NCBI GenBank assembly: GCA_951406725.2
Contig: OX597816.1
Location: forward strand, 155,434,001 to 155,498,000
Reading direction: 5' to 3'
DNA: 64,000 nucleotides
Source: Octopus vulgaris
Taxonomy: Eukaryota
A program made the position numbers and the translations under genes. The notes under the pieces were generated by a model that did no database searches, was not told the DNA's origin, and saw only the letters and a list, made by a program, of their open reading frames with translations. Shown piece after piece: positions 29,050 to 42,454 of the stretch. How positions within the stretch are numbered: position 1 is the first letter of the stretch; the number at the start of each line of letters is the position of its first letter.

Positions 29050-29860
29050 CTACATGGTTTCGAATTCGATCTCTCTGCGCAGTACCTTAGGAAATTGTCA
29101 TATAACACAATTCGAGTAGAAAGATTTGTGAAGGACATTTGATAGGGAATCTGAAAAACCCTACCGAAGATCTCTCTTCTCTTCGTGTTTAATAATTTTA
29201 ATTCGTCGACCAGTTTAACGCCACCACATGACCTTTGTGTGCGTTTAGCAAAATTAAGTTGGTTACATTCGGGCTAAATCTCCAATTTGAGAATAATTTC
29301 CTCTTACCTGTCTCGGACGTCCTGAAAAGAGTCAAAGATACAGCACCTCTTCCTTGAAATCATAGAAAGAAAACTATTTTCAATGTATTCTTTAGGTGAA
29401 ATTGCTTGGCAAATGATTTTATGAAATCATGCCAAGCATCTAAACCATTAGCATCAAGGCAGTCGTAGAAACTATTATTCACAGCTGACTTTCGTATAAT
29501 CATTTCTTCTTTTCCACTTATAATGCTTTATCAGCGATAACTTTCGTCTACCCTCCAATCCATGACATATCAATATTACAGACTTACCTTCTGCCTCCTT
29601 TTGGAGTTTACCTGTTTACATTGCAACTATTAAGAACTTCCCATTGTAGAATAGAATTGTTACTGACTTCCTGTGATTTATACTCATTTATGCATTTGAT
29701 ATATTAATGTCATAATCTCATCCTATCTCTGTTGTTTGTTTGTCTATCCTTTTGTTCTATTATACATATACCAGCTTCATCGATGTAGCAAATCTTCATT
29801 TAGGCGACTACTACGTTCCTGAATTTAAATGTAAAAGTTCAGACACAAATTCGATTTAAA
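29050..29860 (+). repeat. Diverged direct paralogue of 46400-47085
   Basis: Collinear shared blocks, e.g. AATTTCCTCTTACCTGTCTCG, CCATTAGCATCAAGGCAGTC, GCTTTATCAGCGATAACTTTCGTCTACC and GCAACTATTAAGAACTTCCCATTGT. Confidence 0.85.
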
Positions 29861-29954
29861 TACTAATAGTATGCACCTTACGTCATTTGATAATGTTTTA
29901 CCACAATACATGTGTGTATGTGTATAAATGTATGTATATATATATATATATATG

Positions 29955-30015
<61 letters not shown>

Positions 30016-30016
30016 G

Positions 30017-32744
30017 CTAGCAGTATAGCCCGGCGTTGCCCGGGGTTAAGTTAGGATTATTAAGTAATCAAGCGCTTTATTTCAAACCACAATAAGTGAC
30101 ACCGACATCAAATTTGAGCGAAATCCGTTGAAATTGGTAAACGTTTGGCTGAAATGGGTTGCAGGTAATTTGATTGGGAAATCCCATAAGGAATCGGTTT
30201 ATCGATTATTTCCACTCATTGATTTTGCTATTTTTGTTTTTTGAAAACTTAAAGCATTCAAAGATCCCATGAGTCCTAAGTAATGCTAGCATCACGTGTG
30301 AGCAAAATATGTCAAAATTGGTAAACGGTATGGTTGAAAATGGGGTGTAGTCAATTTTTGTGGGAAATCCTATAAGGAATCGGATTATCAATTTTTTATC
30401 CTGATTGAATGGAAAACCCCAAATTGATGCCTGCCACAGATAGTGTTTGGCCTTGGGATTTGTTGATGGACATGATGAAGCATGGTCACACCGGGAACAT
30501 CTGCAGAAGTTAAACGGCATGTCTGACTCCGAGGGATAAAGCTGCATCCTTGAAATGAAATCATTTTCACCCCTCCCGCACGCTGTAACAATGGTGGCCG
30601 CAATCAAGTGGGGCGTCAGGGACTTGATTACTAAGCGGGTCCCGTTGCACTGTTTAGGTGGAAGTAAGTTTCTAATTAGCATAGTTGGGCATCCAACCTT
30701 TAGCCTAAGAATGTGAGGTGGAAACCCTGCTGCCTCCAATGAGTTGAGAAACTCGATAGGGTAATTGACAATGTCTTGGGGGTTAGAGGTCCGGTCAATC
30801 GATTTGTAGATGCGCTCCTCGCCCGGAATTCAGCTTATGAGCTGGTCGTTGATAGCACTGAAAGCTACATTTTGGGGGACAAGGATGGTTCTTTCACTGA
30901 GCCAATTGATGTCTGCATAATTACTTCCCAGATTGGGGAACACTGTTTCCAAAAAATCGGAAGGGTTTTCCACGGTGATACACAGTTCAGAGTTGGATAT
31001 GTCACCCCTATCATTCCTAGGAACCTTGCCTTCTCCAAGGACTAAAATGTCTTCAGCAAATGCTGCGGACGTGCTATCACCAAGCAAGTGCGCACGCATG
31101 TTTGTGCTTAGGCTTAAGGTCTTAACCTGGAGCCACAACATGGATGACTTAAGGCATGCACGCACTTCATCAGCCCGGCTCCCTTTAGGGATAACAGGAA
31201 AGGTTTGCCGAAACCTCCTGAAAGCAATAGAGTTACACCACCCATAGAAGCTGTAGAATCCCTGATACCTTTCAGCGACCGGTCCAGTGCCTCAAGGGCA
31301 CTCTTATTGGTCATTGTGCATTCGTCCCATACAATGTGACGGCACTGTCTAAGACCTTCTGCTTCCTCTGAATTTTTGCCAATGTTGTAAGTAGGAACCT
31401 CGGCCCTCACCAAATGTAAAGGCAGTTTGAATGCCGAGTGCGCCGTCCTACCTTCCGGCAATAACGTAGCAGCGATTCCCGAGGAAGCAACGGCTAGCGC
31501 AATTTGTTTTTCGCGACGAATCTTAGCAATTACTAATTGTGTTACAAAGGAATTGCCGGTACCTCTAGTAGCATCGAGGAAAAAATGCCGCCTGTCTGTT
31601 TTTCAACAACACTGACGACAGTTTCATACACCAACCTCTGATCAGGGAGCAATTTCGGTTCATTTATTCTCAGGTACTCCGCAAGGCCATCAGCATCATA
31701 TGACAACTCCAGAAGTAACTTTGGTGGGAGTGTGTTAACGTCATGTCGCAATGAGGATGGCAAACCGATGTGTTCAACGCTTCCCTACCCATTTTGAGCA
31801 GGGCATCCTTGATTTCAATCAGCACATTATTGTAGATCAGATCATTGTATCCAATGTCAGCATTAGGACACTGTTGCTTTGCCAGTCATCATTTGCCTTG
31901 ACCACCGAGAAAGCAAAATTAGTACAAATTTCATAAATAGAAATGAATGGAAAAAAGGTTTTAGATTAAATTTTCAGATTAACACTTTCACGATTTTCAC
32001 TAAGAACAAAAAATCGGATTTTTTTTACATGGAATCAACTCCCCTGGCCTTCTAATATGCTACAAAACCCTTTTTGTGGTTCGAAAAACGGGATGTGGTG
32101 TGGTGGGAGCCTCGGAAATTCCATCCCCATACCCATTGATCTTTTCACCATCTATTTTTCAGCGTACGTGGAAAAATACGGAGACTAAAATATGGTAAAC
32201 ATTTGCTTTTAATCTCAGATTTACCATGAAAAACTCCAGGCAAATTTTTAGATAACAACCGTACGATTTTCTCTAAGAAAATAAAATCGGATTTTTGCGT
32301 GGAATCAACTACTCTGGCCTCCTAATATGCTACAAAGCTCTTTTTGTGGTCCGAGAAACGGGGTGGCGTGTGGTGGAGCCTCGGAAATTTTACCCATTTG
32401 TATTGTGTAATTTACTGACAAATTGTTACTTACCTCTTTGTTTCTGTTGTTAAATGAATGGATTCTCAACAGAACACTTTTTTCCTCGGCGTAAAATAAA
32501 AACAAAACTCTTGCGCCCAAAGTAATGTGTGTATGTGTGAGAGAGCGGGGAGAAAGATGAATATAATTTAATTATTGTGTGAGAACGTATATATAATCTG
32601 ATTATAACATATAGTGTCTTTCAAAAACATCTTAAATTTAAATATTATATCTCATGTTTAAGAAAAAAAAACATTTTACGTTTTTTTTTTGGTGAACGTT
32701 GTCACTTACTCTCGGTCTCTCCCTCACACACACATACATCAATA

Positions 32745-32804
<60 letters not shown>

Positions 32805-33026
32805 GACACACATTTTCACTTCGCTACGGAAAGAAGGGACTTAACTCATGTTAGCAAACTTCAAAATTGGTAAAAGTTAAGGTTGAAAATCGATTTTTAC
32901 TGCCACCCGCGGGTGCCTCGGGGAAAATAATTTGACGAAAATACAGCTAGGGTCGTGATGAATGTCCTCCTAAAATTGGAACGACATGCGTACTAATTTG
33001 TGGACATGCATAAATTACATTCACGT

Positions 33027-33075
<49 letters not shown>

Positions 33076-33147
33076 TACACATACACACACACACATGCAT
33101 ACACACATGCACACACACACACGCATCCTGCCTTTTATATATACAGA
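30017..33147 (-). mobile_element. Helitron, internally deleted, with a Pif1-family helicase relic
   Basis: 5' A|TCTGTATATATAAAA at 33147; 3' hairpin CCCGGGCAACGCCGGG plus CTAG at 30017. Helicase motifs ASSGIAATLLPEGRTAHSAFKLP, IVWDECTM and PPHILRLKVG..IRNL..CNGTRL. No Rep domain seen. Confidence 0.9.
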
Positions 33148-33389
33148 TATCATAACAGTATGAGAATATGTGCATGCCTGTGTGTCCGAATTGTCCTTAA
33201 GTCAAAGTAATTATTTGATAACTGTTCAAGCAAAGTCTACTTTTCATAATAAATTGTCTTTGTTTGTGCGTTGTTGTCTCATGGTTGAGTCCGAGCGTTT
33301 GTAAATATTTCAAAATTCGGCGGTTCCATTTCCAGCACATGTGGCTACGTCCCCTTAACAAAATTTTCCTGGTCCTGATCCCCCCACCC

Positions 33390-35590
33390 TTATATATTTG
33401 TTGCCGTCATTCTCCTGTGGAGTGATAATCCCATCTGTCCAATGTAGTTTTGCAGATATCCACAGCATGTTGTGATATAAGCTATATTTTGAGAGTTACA
33501 AGGGAAATTTTCTTTCATCCTGAGAACGTGTTCCTCCTTAAATTTAAATACCGAACCTTCAGTTAAATAGACACTACCACAGTTTGATCTAGCACATGTA
33601 GTAATCATAGTGTCGGGTACTTGTTTGAAAGCTTTGTTATCACTAGAATATTCATCAGAGCCTCAGGTCGCCTTTTGCATTTGATATATATCATTATTTC
33701 TTGGGTTAATCCTTTACTCTAAGGTAAAACATTTTGGCGGGTTTTACTTTTTTCTGAGATCATGAGAATCTAGCAATTTTGCCCTTTCTATTTCATTTAC
33801 AATAATATTGAATAGAAACACTCTTTGAATTGGTATGTTTTACATTTTTCCAATCTTTTATCACGTATCATTAATAAATATTTGACAGAATTGTGCAAAT
33901 ACTTTTTGCTAGGTTGAAAGGAAGGTTTGCTTTTTATGTTTAGAATGACAGGATGTGAAAAGAACTTATTGCTTTGAATCCGCTGATTAGTTATGGATAT
34001 CTGTTTCCCTTTTTCTATGTGTATTCACAATGTCTAGAAATGGTAATTATTTCTTATTAAATTTCATTGTAAACTGAATAATATAATTTATATTGAGTTT
34101 CCTCAATTTATTTAGATTCTCTTGCCATAGAATTAAGCAGCCATCTAGGTATTTTTCCAATTTTCTATTAGATACGTGTAGAATGTGTCTCCAAATATGT
34201 GAGTCGATTCTTCGTAAATATTTTTCTCGTGGTAGCCCATTACTAAGTTGGCATATGTAGGGATAACTTTGGTTCCCATCGTAGTCGCTGATATTTAATG
34301 CTATGTTAGATGATCACCGATTGACAAGTAATTATTTTGTATTATGAATCTCAAACCTTTAGTGATAAAGTATTTTTTCGAGGCGGTCTAATAATTCGGT
34401 TTAGTATGCATTTAACCAATATTAAATTGCTTTGATTCTATAACCATGGCAGTATATTGGTGTATAGATTAATAACATTTAAAGAAGCAGTAATTGTATT
34501 TTGAACCACTGTGTCTGGTAAGTGATTAAGTAATACCGAGTCATCTCAAATGACTCTGTGCAAATCCTTTTTGCAAAGTTGAAAAGAATGTTTTTTTTTA
34601 TGTTTAGAATGGCAGGGTGTAAAAAGGAGGTATTGTTTTGAATCTGTGGATTTCTGGTGGATATTTGTTTTATATTTTTGTGATTTGAGAAAGGTTTTTA
34701 GTAAGATGTCCAAAATTGCTTAACCTGCGTGATTCACATACAGGGTCTGTTATAATTGGTCTGAGTTTCAAATCGTCTGAAGATGCTGTTTTGATATATT
34801 CGGATTTAGAGTTTTTTTGTTTTTTTTTACAAGCGTTGTGTATAGTTTTATAATAATATATTGGGTCGATCGTCGAAATTGCTGGTTTTGCAGCTAAAAC
34901 TACTTATATAGTAAAATTTTTTTGGTGTTAAACGTTTATGATATTTATTAAATAAAATCAAAAGATTTCCCATTACCCTTGATTATTTATAACTCTCTGT
35001 TTACATAATAGTTTTTTTTCTAGCTTTTTAAATATACGTTCTTTGTAATACTTGGTATCCATGCTAACATTATTGGTTCCTTTAATCGTAACTTTAGTAT
35101 CTTTTTGTAGATTAGATATTTCTATTTGTGCTTTGAGAAATTTGGCTTTATATTCCTAAACTGAACTGAAAAATTGATAATCAGTTCACAGAAGGTATCA
35201 AGGACTTTATTCGTTCTTTTATTTCGATAAAATTCGTTTTTACTTTTTGCTAGTGATTCATCGTTACTATCATTTTCACTTTCAAAAGCATATCAGCTCG
35301 TCTAAATTTTCCTCAGTACTCTATGACGTCATTTTTCATTTCAGGCTGGTTGAACTTTTGGGAGTGGGTGTAATTTTAGTCCCTTACTCAATATTAAAAT
35401 GTACATCGTTTAATGTTTTCTAAGATAAGCTAATGACATTTGGCTTCTCCTGCTCGGTAGCCATTTTGTGTCTGATATCTGGGTTTTCGATTTAAAAAAT
35501 AACTGCTGTTTTGCTCATCTTTAGCATTAATCGTTCTCTTTTGAGTTAATTTATCGATTCTATTTCACGTTTTATGCTAAACATTGGTAT
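33390..35590 (-). mobile_element. Penelope-like element (RT plus C-terminal GIY-YIG), heavily decayed
   Basis: MGTKVIPTYANLVMGY (RT), WKKYLDGCLILW, and CNSQNIAYITTC..NYIGQ (GIY-YIG) preceded by a Cys cluster. Confidence 0.8.
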
Positions 35591-35762
35591 TTTGTCCAGG
35601 GTTATTGCTGGTGCGAATGTTCCACTTGAAAATATAATTTTAGATTTCATATTTATTAATTAAATTCTTCCGAGGCTTTGGGTTCGAGTGTGCATATGTG
35701 AGTGTTTGCACGGGTGCATTTGCTTGAGTATGCGTGTATGTATATGTATATATGTATATATA

Positions 35763-35928
35763 GACGTAGGAGTGGCTGTGTGGTAAGTAGCTTGCTAACC
35801 AACCACATGGTTCCGGGTTCAGTCCCACTGCATGGCATCTTGGGCAAGCGTCTTCTGCTATAGCCTCGGGCCGACCAAAGCCTTGTGAGTGGATTTTGGT
35901 TGACGGAAACTGAAAGAAGCCTGTCGTA

Positions 35929-36007
<79 letters not shown>

Positions 36008-36243
36008 GTTTGTATGTCTGTGTTTGTCCCCCTAGCATTGCTTGTCAACCGATGCTGGTGTGTTTACGTCCCCGTCACTTAGCGGTTCGGCAAAAAGTGA
36101 CCGATAGAATAAGTACTGGGCTTACAAAGAATAAGTTCCGGGGTCGATTTGCTCGACTAAACGCGGTGCTCCAGCATGGCCGCAGTCAAATGACTGAAAC
36201 AAGTAAAAGAGTAAAAGAGTAAAGAGTAAAAGAGTAAAGAGTA
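35763..36243 (+). mobile_element. Full-length tRNA-derived SINE family 2 (Deu/Nin-like core, internal microsatellite)
   Basis: A-box-like TGGCTGTGTGG, B-box-like GGTTCAGTCCC, conserved body and (GTAAAAGA)n tail. Confidence 0.85.
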
Positions 36244-36896
36244 TGTGTATGTATATTCGTATGCATATGTATATGTGTGAGTATGCATTTATATATATGT
36301 GTGTGTGTGTATGTATGTATGTATTTTCTTAAAAGAAGGATGCACACATTCAACATATTAATGGATGGCTTCATTGGGCAATACTGACCTAGCTGTATAA
36401 AAAGATGGAATGGTCATGGTTAGAGTGTGTTTGATTATAGGTTTGTTCAATTGGGATTGATGTATCATTACTAAACTGTAACAATAGATGTCAAAAAAGT
36501 AATGAGTGTAAGCTTGTATATCCTATTGTTTTAAGAACAGTGAAATAGCTGAAATTTCTTAACATTCTCCTTATTGTTTTATAATTAAGAACCATATATA
36601 AAATAAATTTAGATTATGCCACAGAAACAGATTTATAGCATAAATATTATCAGTACCACTTGAAGTATGTGTGTTGTTTAAATGCCAGACGCTGCAATTC
36701 ATTGTCCTGGAAAAATTCCATTAAAGATGTGTAATGTTAAAAAACAATATACTTCAGAGCTAAATGAAATGAAACCATCCTAGAAGTGACAACGAGAGAG
36801 AGGTAGATATGTATTTCACTGTATTTGTAGCTTATCCGTACTATGCACTTGAGTTACTTTTGAAACAAAACTGAAATCTTTAGCCTGTAATATACT

Positions 36897-37266
36897 CTCT
36901 TTCTCTTTTACTCTTTTACCTGTTTCAGTCATTTGACTATGGCCATGCTGGAGCACCGCCTCTGGTCGACCAAATTGACACCAGGACTTATTCTTTGCAA
37001 GCCTAGTACTTATTCTTTCGGTCTCTTTTGCCGAAACGCTAAGTTAGGGGACGTAAACACACCAGCATCGGTTGTTTAGCGATGTTGGGGTGACAAGCAC
37101 AGACACGCAAACATATACAGACAGACAGACAGATACCCCTCCCACACAAACATTACATACATACGACGGGCTTTCAGTTTCCGTCTACCAAATCTACTCA
37201 CAAGGCTTTGGTCGGCTCGAGGCTATAGTAGAAGCAAGCTACTTACCACACAACCACTCCTACGCC
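36897..37266 (-). mobile_element. SINE family 2 copy with an internal deletion
   Basis: Reverse complement of 35763-36243. Confidence 0.85.
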
Positions 37267-37472
37267 TTAAAAAACTCAGAGAGATTTATGCAGTAGTGGT
37301 AGATAAAGTAGTTGTATACTGTCAACTAAATGTGACACTCCCATGAAGGGAATCATACTACTGCTATTTAGCCCCAGGAAGCAGCTACGCTTCCTGTCGG
37401 CCTTGACACATTTCTTGTGTCCTTATGTTTGCAAGGGGGAGATAAACACTCCCACCCAGCTAAGCCTGCAAT

Positions 37473-37511
37473 CAGAGACTAGTTTCTGAGTCTTTGCTCG
37501 TCATCAGTCTG
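37473..37511 (-). ncRNA. Minimal type I hammerhead ribozyme with canonical core
   Basis: CAGA-CUGAUGA-C-GAG-CAAAGA-CUC-A-GAAA-CUAG-UC/UCUG: 4-bp stem I, all core nucleotides, palindromic ACUAGU stem III and a GUC cleavage triplet. Confidence 0.8.
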
Positions 37512-37858
37512 GAATAGTATGGCCTATGTAATTCTAATGAAAGATGGTCATTTGGTAAGGTTGTTTGGATATCAGTCAAGCGCTTCTTACACTATTCATT
37601 TGTGTTTAAATATTTGTGTGCTATTGTAAAGTATGTATTTGAGTGTGTTATTAGATGGATGAAACGCTGTTAAGCATTCATTATTTATGGATATGAGGTT
37701 ACAATATGCGATAAAGACGTTGATCCTTAAATGGAGCTCCAAATATCACAAAAATTTATACTGCACTGTCGAAGATAAGTATGAAAACAAAAATGCATAA
37801 AAAAAATTAAGATAAAATATACTATTTCTGAGAAATTACAGGTACACACAAACATCTC

Positions 37859-39991
37859 GACTTCAACGCTCCCACGATCGATTGGCCCGCATCAATTTGT
37901 ACAACATCTTCCCGGTTCGGCCAGGCCCTTCTTGACGTGGCTGAAGATTGTTTTCTATCGCAACATGTTGAATATCCGACAAGGCATCGGTCTGGGCAGC
38001 AGCCATCTATGCTAGATCTGGTATTCTCCCGCTATCCAAGATCAGTGTCAGACGTATCTGTGTGCGCCCCTCTTGCCAAGAGTGATCATGCGGTCCTGAA
38101 GTTCGTCATGCACACAACTTTTTCTACGCCCACGATTACTTCGCTGCCACGTAGAGTCTTCTCTGCAATTAATCTTGAAATTCTAACCGAGGCTTCCGCG
38201 CTTCTGGACTGGCGATCCCTGATGACGTTGTCCTCAGTTGACGAACTATGGTCATCCCTCAAAGCATATATAATCTGTTTGACTGACCAGGCAGTTCCCG
38301 TTGGGCTTCCCAAGAGGAAGAAACACAGAGAACGTCGACTCAGAGATATTGCTTGGGCTGAATTCAAAAATCTGGATTCGACTGCAGCTTTTGGGGTGTA
38401 CAAAACTCAACGAGACCGAGCTTTTTCAACTATTTTCAAACAAGATGATGGTCGTGAACCCCCTCCATTTGATAGATCGGTACCTCCAATGCCTCGATTG
38501 GTCATCACGCGGGACGAAGTCAAACGTGTTATTCAAGGCCTCGATGTCAACAAGGGTCACGGCCCTGACGGCATACACCCACGGGTTATCAAAGCGTTGG
38601 CTCCGGTCATCTGCGAGCCCTTAACACGACTATTCAATATGTCATTGGCGACGGGTGTTATACCTGCAGACTGGAGAACAGCGATAATCTGCCCAATTTT
38701 CAAGAAAGGGAGCCGCGAAGACCCGCTTAACTACCGACCGGTTTCCCTTACATCAATAATCAGCAAGATGTTCGAAACCATCCTTAAGAAAAGTATGATG
38801 CTCCACCTCCTAAGCACAACCTCGATCACTGATTCCCAACACGGCTTCGTGCCGAAGAGATCATGCTTGACCAACTTACTAGTAATGGAAGAATTGGTGA
38901 CGCGCATCCTCGATGATAGTGATGCTGTTGACATCGTTTTATTGGACTTTGCCAAAGATTTTGACTCGGTAAATCACCGCCTACTACTTGTCAAGCTTCA
39001 AGCATATAGTTTCCATCCGGATATTGTACGATGGGTTGGTGCCTTCCTCTCAGATCGCTCCTTCCAAGTTCAAGTTAATGGTTCGCGGTCCGACGTCTCC
39101 AGTGCGAGCAGTGGCGTGCCTCAAGGTTCAGTGCTTGGGCCCTTGTTGTTCTTAGTCTTCATAAATGACTTGCCCGACGACCTCACGCAACACACCCTTC
39201 TATTTGCCGACGATATCAAACTGGTCGCTCCTCGCGGTAGTATAGAGGATCTTCGTCGATGCCTCCACCAAATTTGGAAGTGGTCTAACGATTGGGACCT
39301 GTGTCTGAACGTGTCAAAGTGCTGTCATCTGCCTGTCGGCTCTACTCCTGCAACTCAACTTGATTTCGAGCCGGGTCGTCTGCTGCTGGAGAGGACCGAT
39401 CAGGTAAAGGACCTGGGTATCTTGGTGGATTCCTCCTTTTCGCCTTCGGCCTAGTGCGTCCATGCTGCCAACAAAGCGCGCGGAATTCTGTTTTTGATTC
39501 GACGGTCATTCGGAATGCTCACAGCAGCCATATTCCTACCACTCTATGTCACGCTGGTGAGACCCATATTGGAGTATGGGATTCAAGCCTCTTCTCCTTA
39601 TCTCCTCAAAGACATACAGCATCTCAAAAGAGTCCAGAGGCTGGCTACCCGCATGGTTCATGGTCTCAAAAATTTGTCCTACGAAGAAAGGCTGAGGACG
39701 CTCGACCTTTATTCTCTTGAAAAACGCCGCCGCCGTGGTGATCTCATTCTCGCCCACAACATCATAAGCGGGAAGTGTAACCTCTCGAAAGAGCTGTTCT
39801 TCACTCCTGCTCCGGAGCGTCGGCTGCGGGGTCATTCCGAAAAGCTCTACCTGCGACGATTTCATCTCAATCGAAGGAGAGGAGCTTTCTCCGTCCGAGT
39901 TGCGGATCCGTGGAACAAGCTGGTGAAGATGCCGACGACCGCTTTGTTCAAAGCCTCCCTGGACCTCAAGTGGCTTGAACTCTTTACATGA
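37859..39991 (+). pseudogene. CR1 ORF2 (AP-endonuclease tail plus reverse transcriptase) with one nonsense codon
   Basis: DFNAP..LDLVF..SDH, GPDGIHP, NYRPVSLTS, QHGF, LDFAKDFDSV, GVPQGSVLGPLLF, LFADD, KDLG and RRRRGDLI. TAG at 39452-39454 splits two same-frame ORFs. Confidence 0.9.
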
Positions 39992-40076
39992 ACACCACCC
40001 TGTACTTAACTCCATGTCCCCCTACATGGCCTTGCTATTTGCTTTTGAGCCAAATTAACTAACTAACTAACTAACT
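37859..40076 (+). mobile_element. Young 5'-truncated CR1-type LINE
   Basis: 8-bp TSD AACATCTC (37851-37858 and 40077-40084), (TAAC)n tail, and markedly higher GC than the flanks. Confidence 0.9.
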
Positions 40077-40723
40077 AACATCTCAAGAGTTTTAGCATTA
40101 TTAAGATTCCCACCGTACAATAACGTAGAGGAAAGCTTTGTAAAAGCTTTCTCTAGCCGTAGTATCACCATGAAGATGTACAAGGATTAATAAAACAATT
40201 TTTAAAAAATGTTAACTCGAAGTCAATGTGTATATTAAATTATGTGTGAAGAAGAGGGATTAAATATAAATTAATATTAAATGTAAAATAATTGTTGTTA
40301 TTCAATTTAGTTCGTTAAATATTCATATGTCTACATACACATTCGTATACACACATACAATGCATATGAAATACATATATGAAATTATGCATATAAAATA
40401 CATATATACAATTATGTATACATGAAATTATGTACATATATGAAATTATACACAAATATTAAATTATAGAAAGAGGAATTACATATAAATTAAATATGAA
40501 AATGAATTGAATATAAATTAAACATAAATCAAATTAACATTAAATATAAAATGCGTGTATATATATCTCTGTAAAAAGCGAGTTAACATGTTTTTCCTAA
40601 CTTCCCTCGAAGCCTGCTACTCAGCGCATATTTGTACATGTGTGAGTGTGTGTGTGTGTGTATATATATATAAGTAACTATATGCATGTATGTACATTAT
40701 TTGTACACACAGACACACACATA

Positions 40724-42332
40724 TAGTAGCGGCAATAATATAAGGGTCAGTAAGAACAAGTGTATTGAAATAGTTATTATAGAAGATTACCGACACGTTG
40801 AGACTAGATATTTTATACATATTTAGATATATTTGATATCTACCTTTCATGAAACTTTCAAGTGAATGGAATAAATATTTCATAAGTTATGAGGAAATAA
40901 ACAAACAATCTTCCAAATTGCAGCGGCCAAAAGTTAAAGGGCACTTAGAAAAGATTTGCTACTAACCGAGATATTTGTTGTTTAGAAGACTATTAATGGG
41001 CTAACAGTTACTTCTTATGATCTTACATTATTGGAACATTCAACTGTCAACATGACGGCTTGTGAGAGACGACCAGTGTCCTGTGATGAACAACAAAGTA
41101 TTGTGTGCCTTCACCAAGAGGGCAAGTCAAATTATGTGATAGCAACTACTGTAGGAAAATCTAGAAGTGTTGTGCAACGAATTGTACCTCGTTGTAAGTC
41201 ATCAGGATCGGCAGATGCTAAATGCCAAACCGGTAGACCTCGTAAAACTTCACCAAGACAGGATCTTATTATGGTTAGAATGTCACTGAAGGATAGGTTT
41301 TAAGAGTACTGCCAAGATATCCCACAAGTTTACCTCCACTTCCGATGTCAACGTATCGCGCCAAACAGTTTCTTGGAGGTTACGAGGTTCTGGGTAGCTT
41401 GCTCGGGTACTAGCAAAGAAACCTCTGATCTCCAAGAAGAATCGGAGAGCCCGTCTTCGTTTCGCTTATGAACGTGTCGTTTGGACAGAAGAACAGCGGT
41501 CGCAGGTTCATTTTAGCGATGTGATGTGTTCCGATGGTAGGATGTACGTCCGATGAGGAAGTGGCGAAAGGTTATCTCGTGCATGTGTGAAGAATACAGT
41601 GAAATATGGAAGAGGCAGTGTAATGGTATGGCGAGCGACCTCTGCTGCGGATCCTGGTTCACTTATTCGTCTACAAGAGATTGTCAATGCTGAAATCTAT
41701 AAGCAGATTCTTAGACAGCATGCCCCTCCACATCTCAGATCCCAGTCAGTTCAACCTCTTATTTTCGTGCAGGACAACGCTCCCTGTCACATTGCGAAGA
41801 GAGTCAAACATTTTGTGAACGATGAAGAGGCTTATCTTATAGACTAGCTACCTCAAAGTCCTGATTTCAACCAATTAGAAAACGTTTGGAAGATTATTGG
41901 AGACAGGTCACGAAGGAGAAATACAAAGAACCAAGATGAACCCTGGGAATTATTGAAAAACGAATGGAACAATATTACTCCATCATTTTGCAAGAAATTA
42001 ATTCAGTCATGTGGTAACAGATATCAGGAGGTCATTGGTTGCAAAGGGATGTTCACGAAATATTAATAGTAAGGGTTTCTTTTATGGTCTTGCTTCATTT
42101 TTCATTGTTTTTCTAAGTGACCCTTGAATTTTGGCCATTGCAGTTTGGAAGATTATTTGTTTATTTCGTCATAACTTGTGAAATACTTATTTCATTCACT
42201 TGAGATTTTCACGAAAGATAGATAGTAGATATATCTAAATGTGTGTAAAATATCTAGTCTTAACGTTTTTTTAATCTTCTATAATAAGTATTTCAATACA
42301 CTTGTTCTTACTGACCCTTATATTGTAGCCGC

Positions 42333-42337
<5 letters not shown>
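40724..42337 (+). mobile_element. Full-length IR/DR-type Tc1 transposon (DD34E), decayed
   Basis: ~230-bp inverted repeats with TA flanks and outer/inner direct repeats. Transposase remnants GRPRKTS, HFSD, VKYGRGSVMVW, FVQDNAPCH and SPDFNQLENVW. Confidence 0.92.
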
Positions 42338-42375
<38 letters not shown>

Positions 42376-42454
42376 TGTATGTATGTATCTATATATGTAT
42401 ATATATGTATATATATATATATATATATATGGGGGGGGGGGTATGTGTGTATAC

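Noticed and set aside
29308-29321. Apparent 14-nt minus-strand microexon (ttttcag|GACGTCCGAGACAG|gtaag), also at ~46623
   Set aside because: Probably part of a repeat tail, not a multiple of three, and no supporting neighbouring exons
34546-34548. Shared in-frame TGA in two PLEs as possible selenocysteine recoding (known for some Naiad PLEs)
   Set aside because: The aligned residue is Arg in the third PLE, so CGA->TGA decay is simpler. No SECIS was identified, and the copies are full of other lesions.
35763-35835. tRNA-like A/B boxes (also ~25000, ~25320, ~56600)
   Set aside because: These are SINE heads followed by repeat bodies; no convincing cloverleaf
39536-40015. 159-aa antisense ORF over the CR1 (also 38086-38403)
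   Set aside because: Expected shadow ORFs of a GC-rich coding strand; no recognisable motifs
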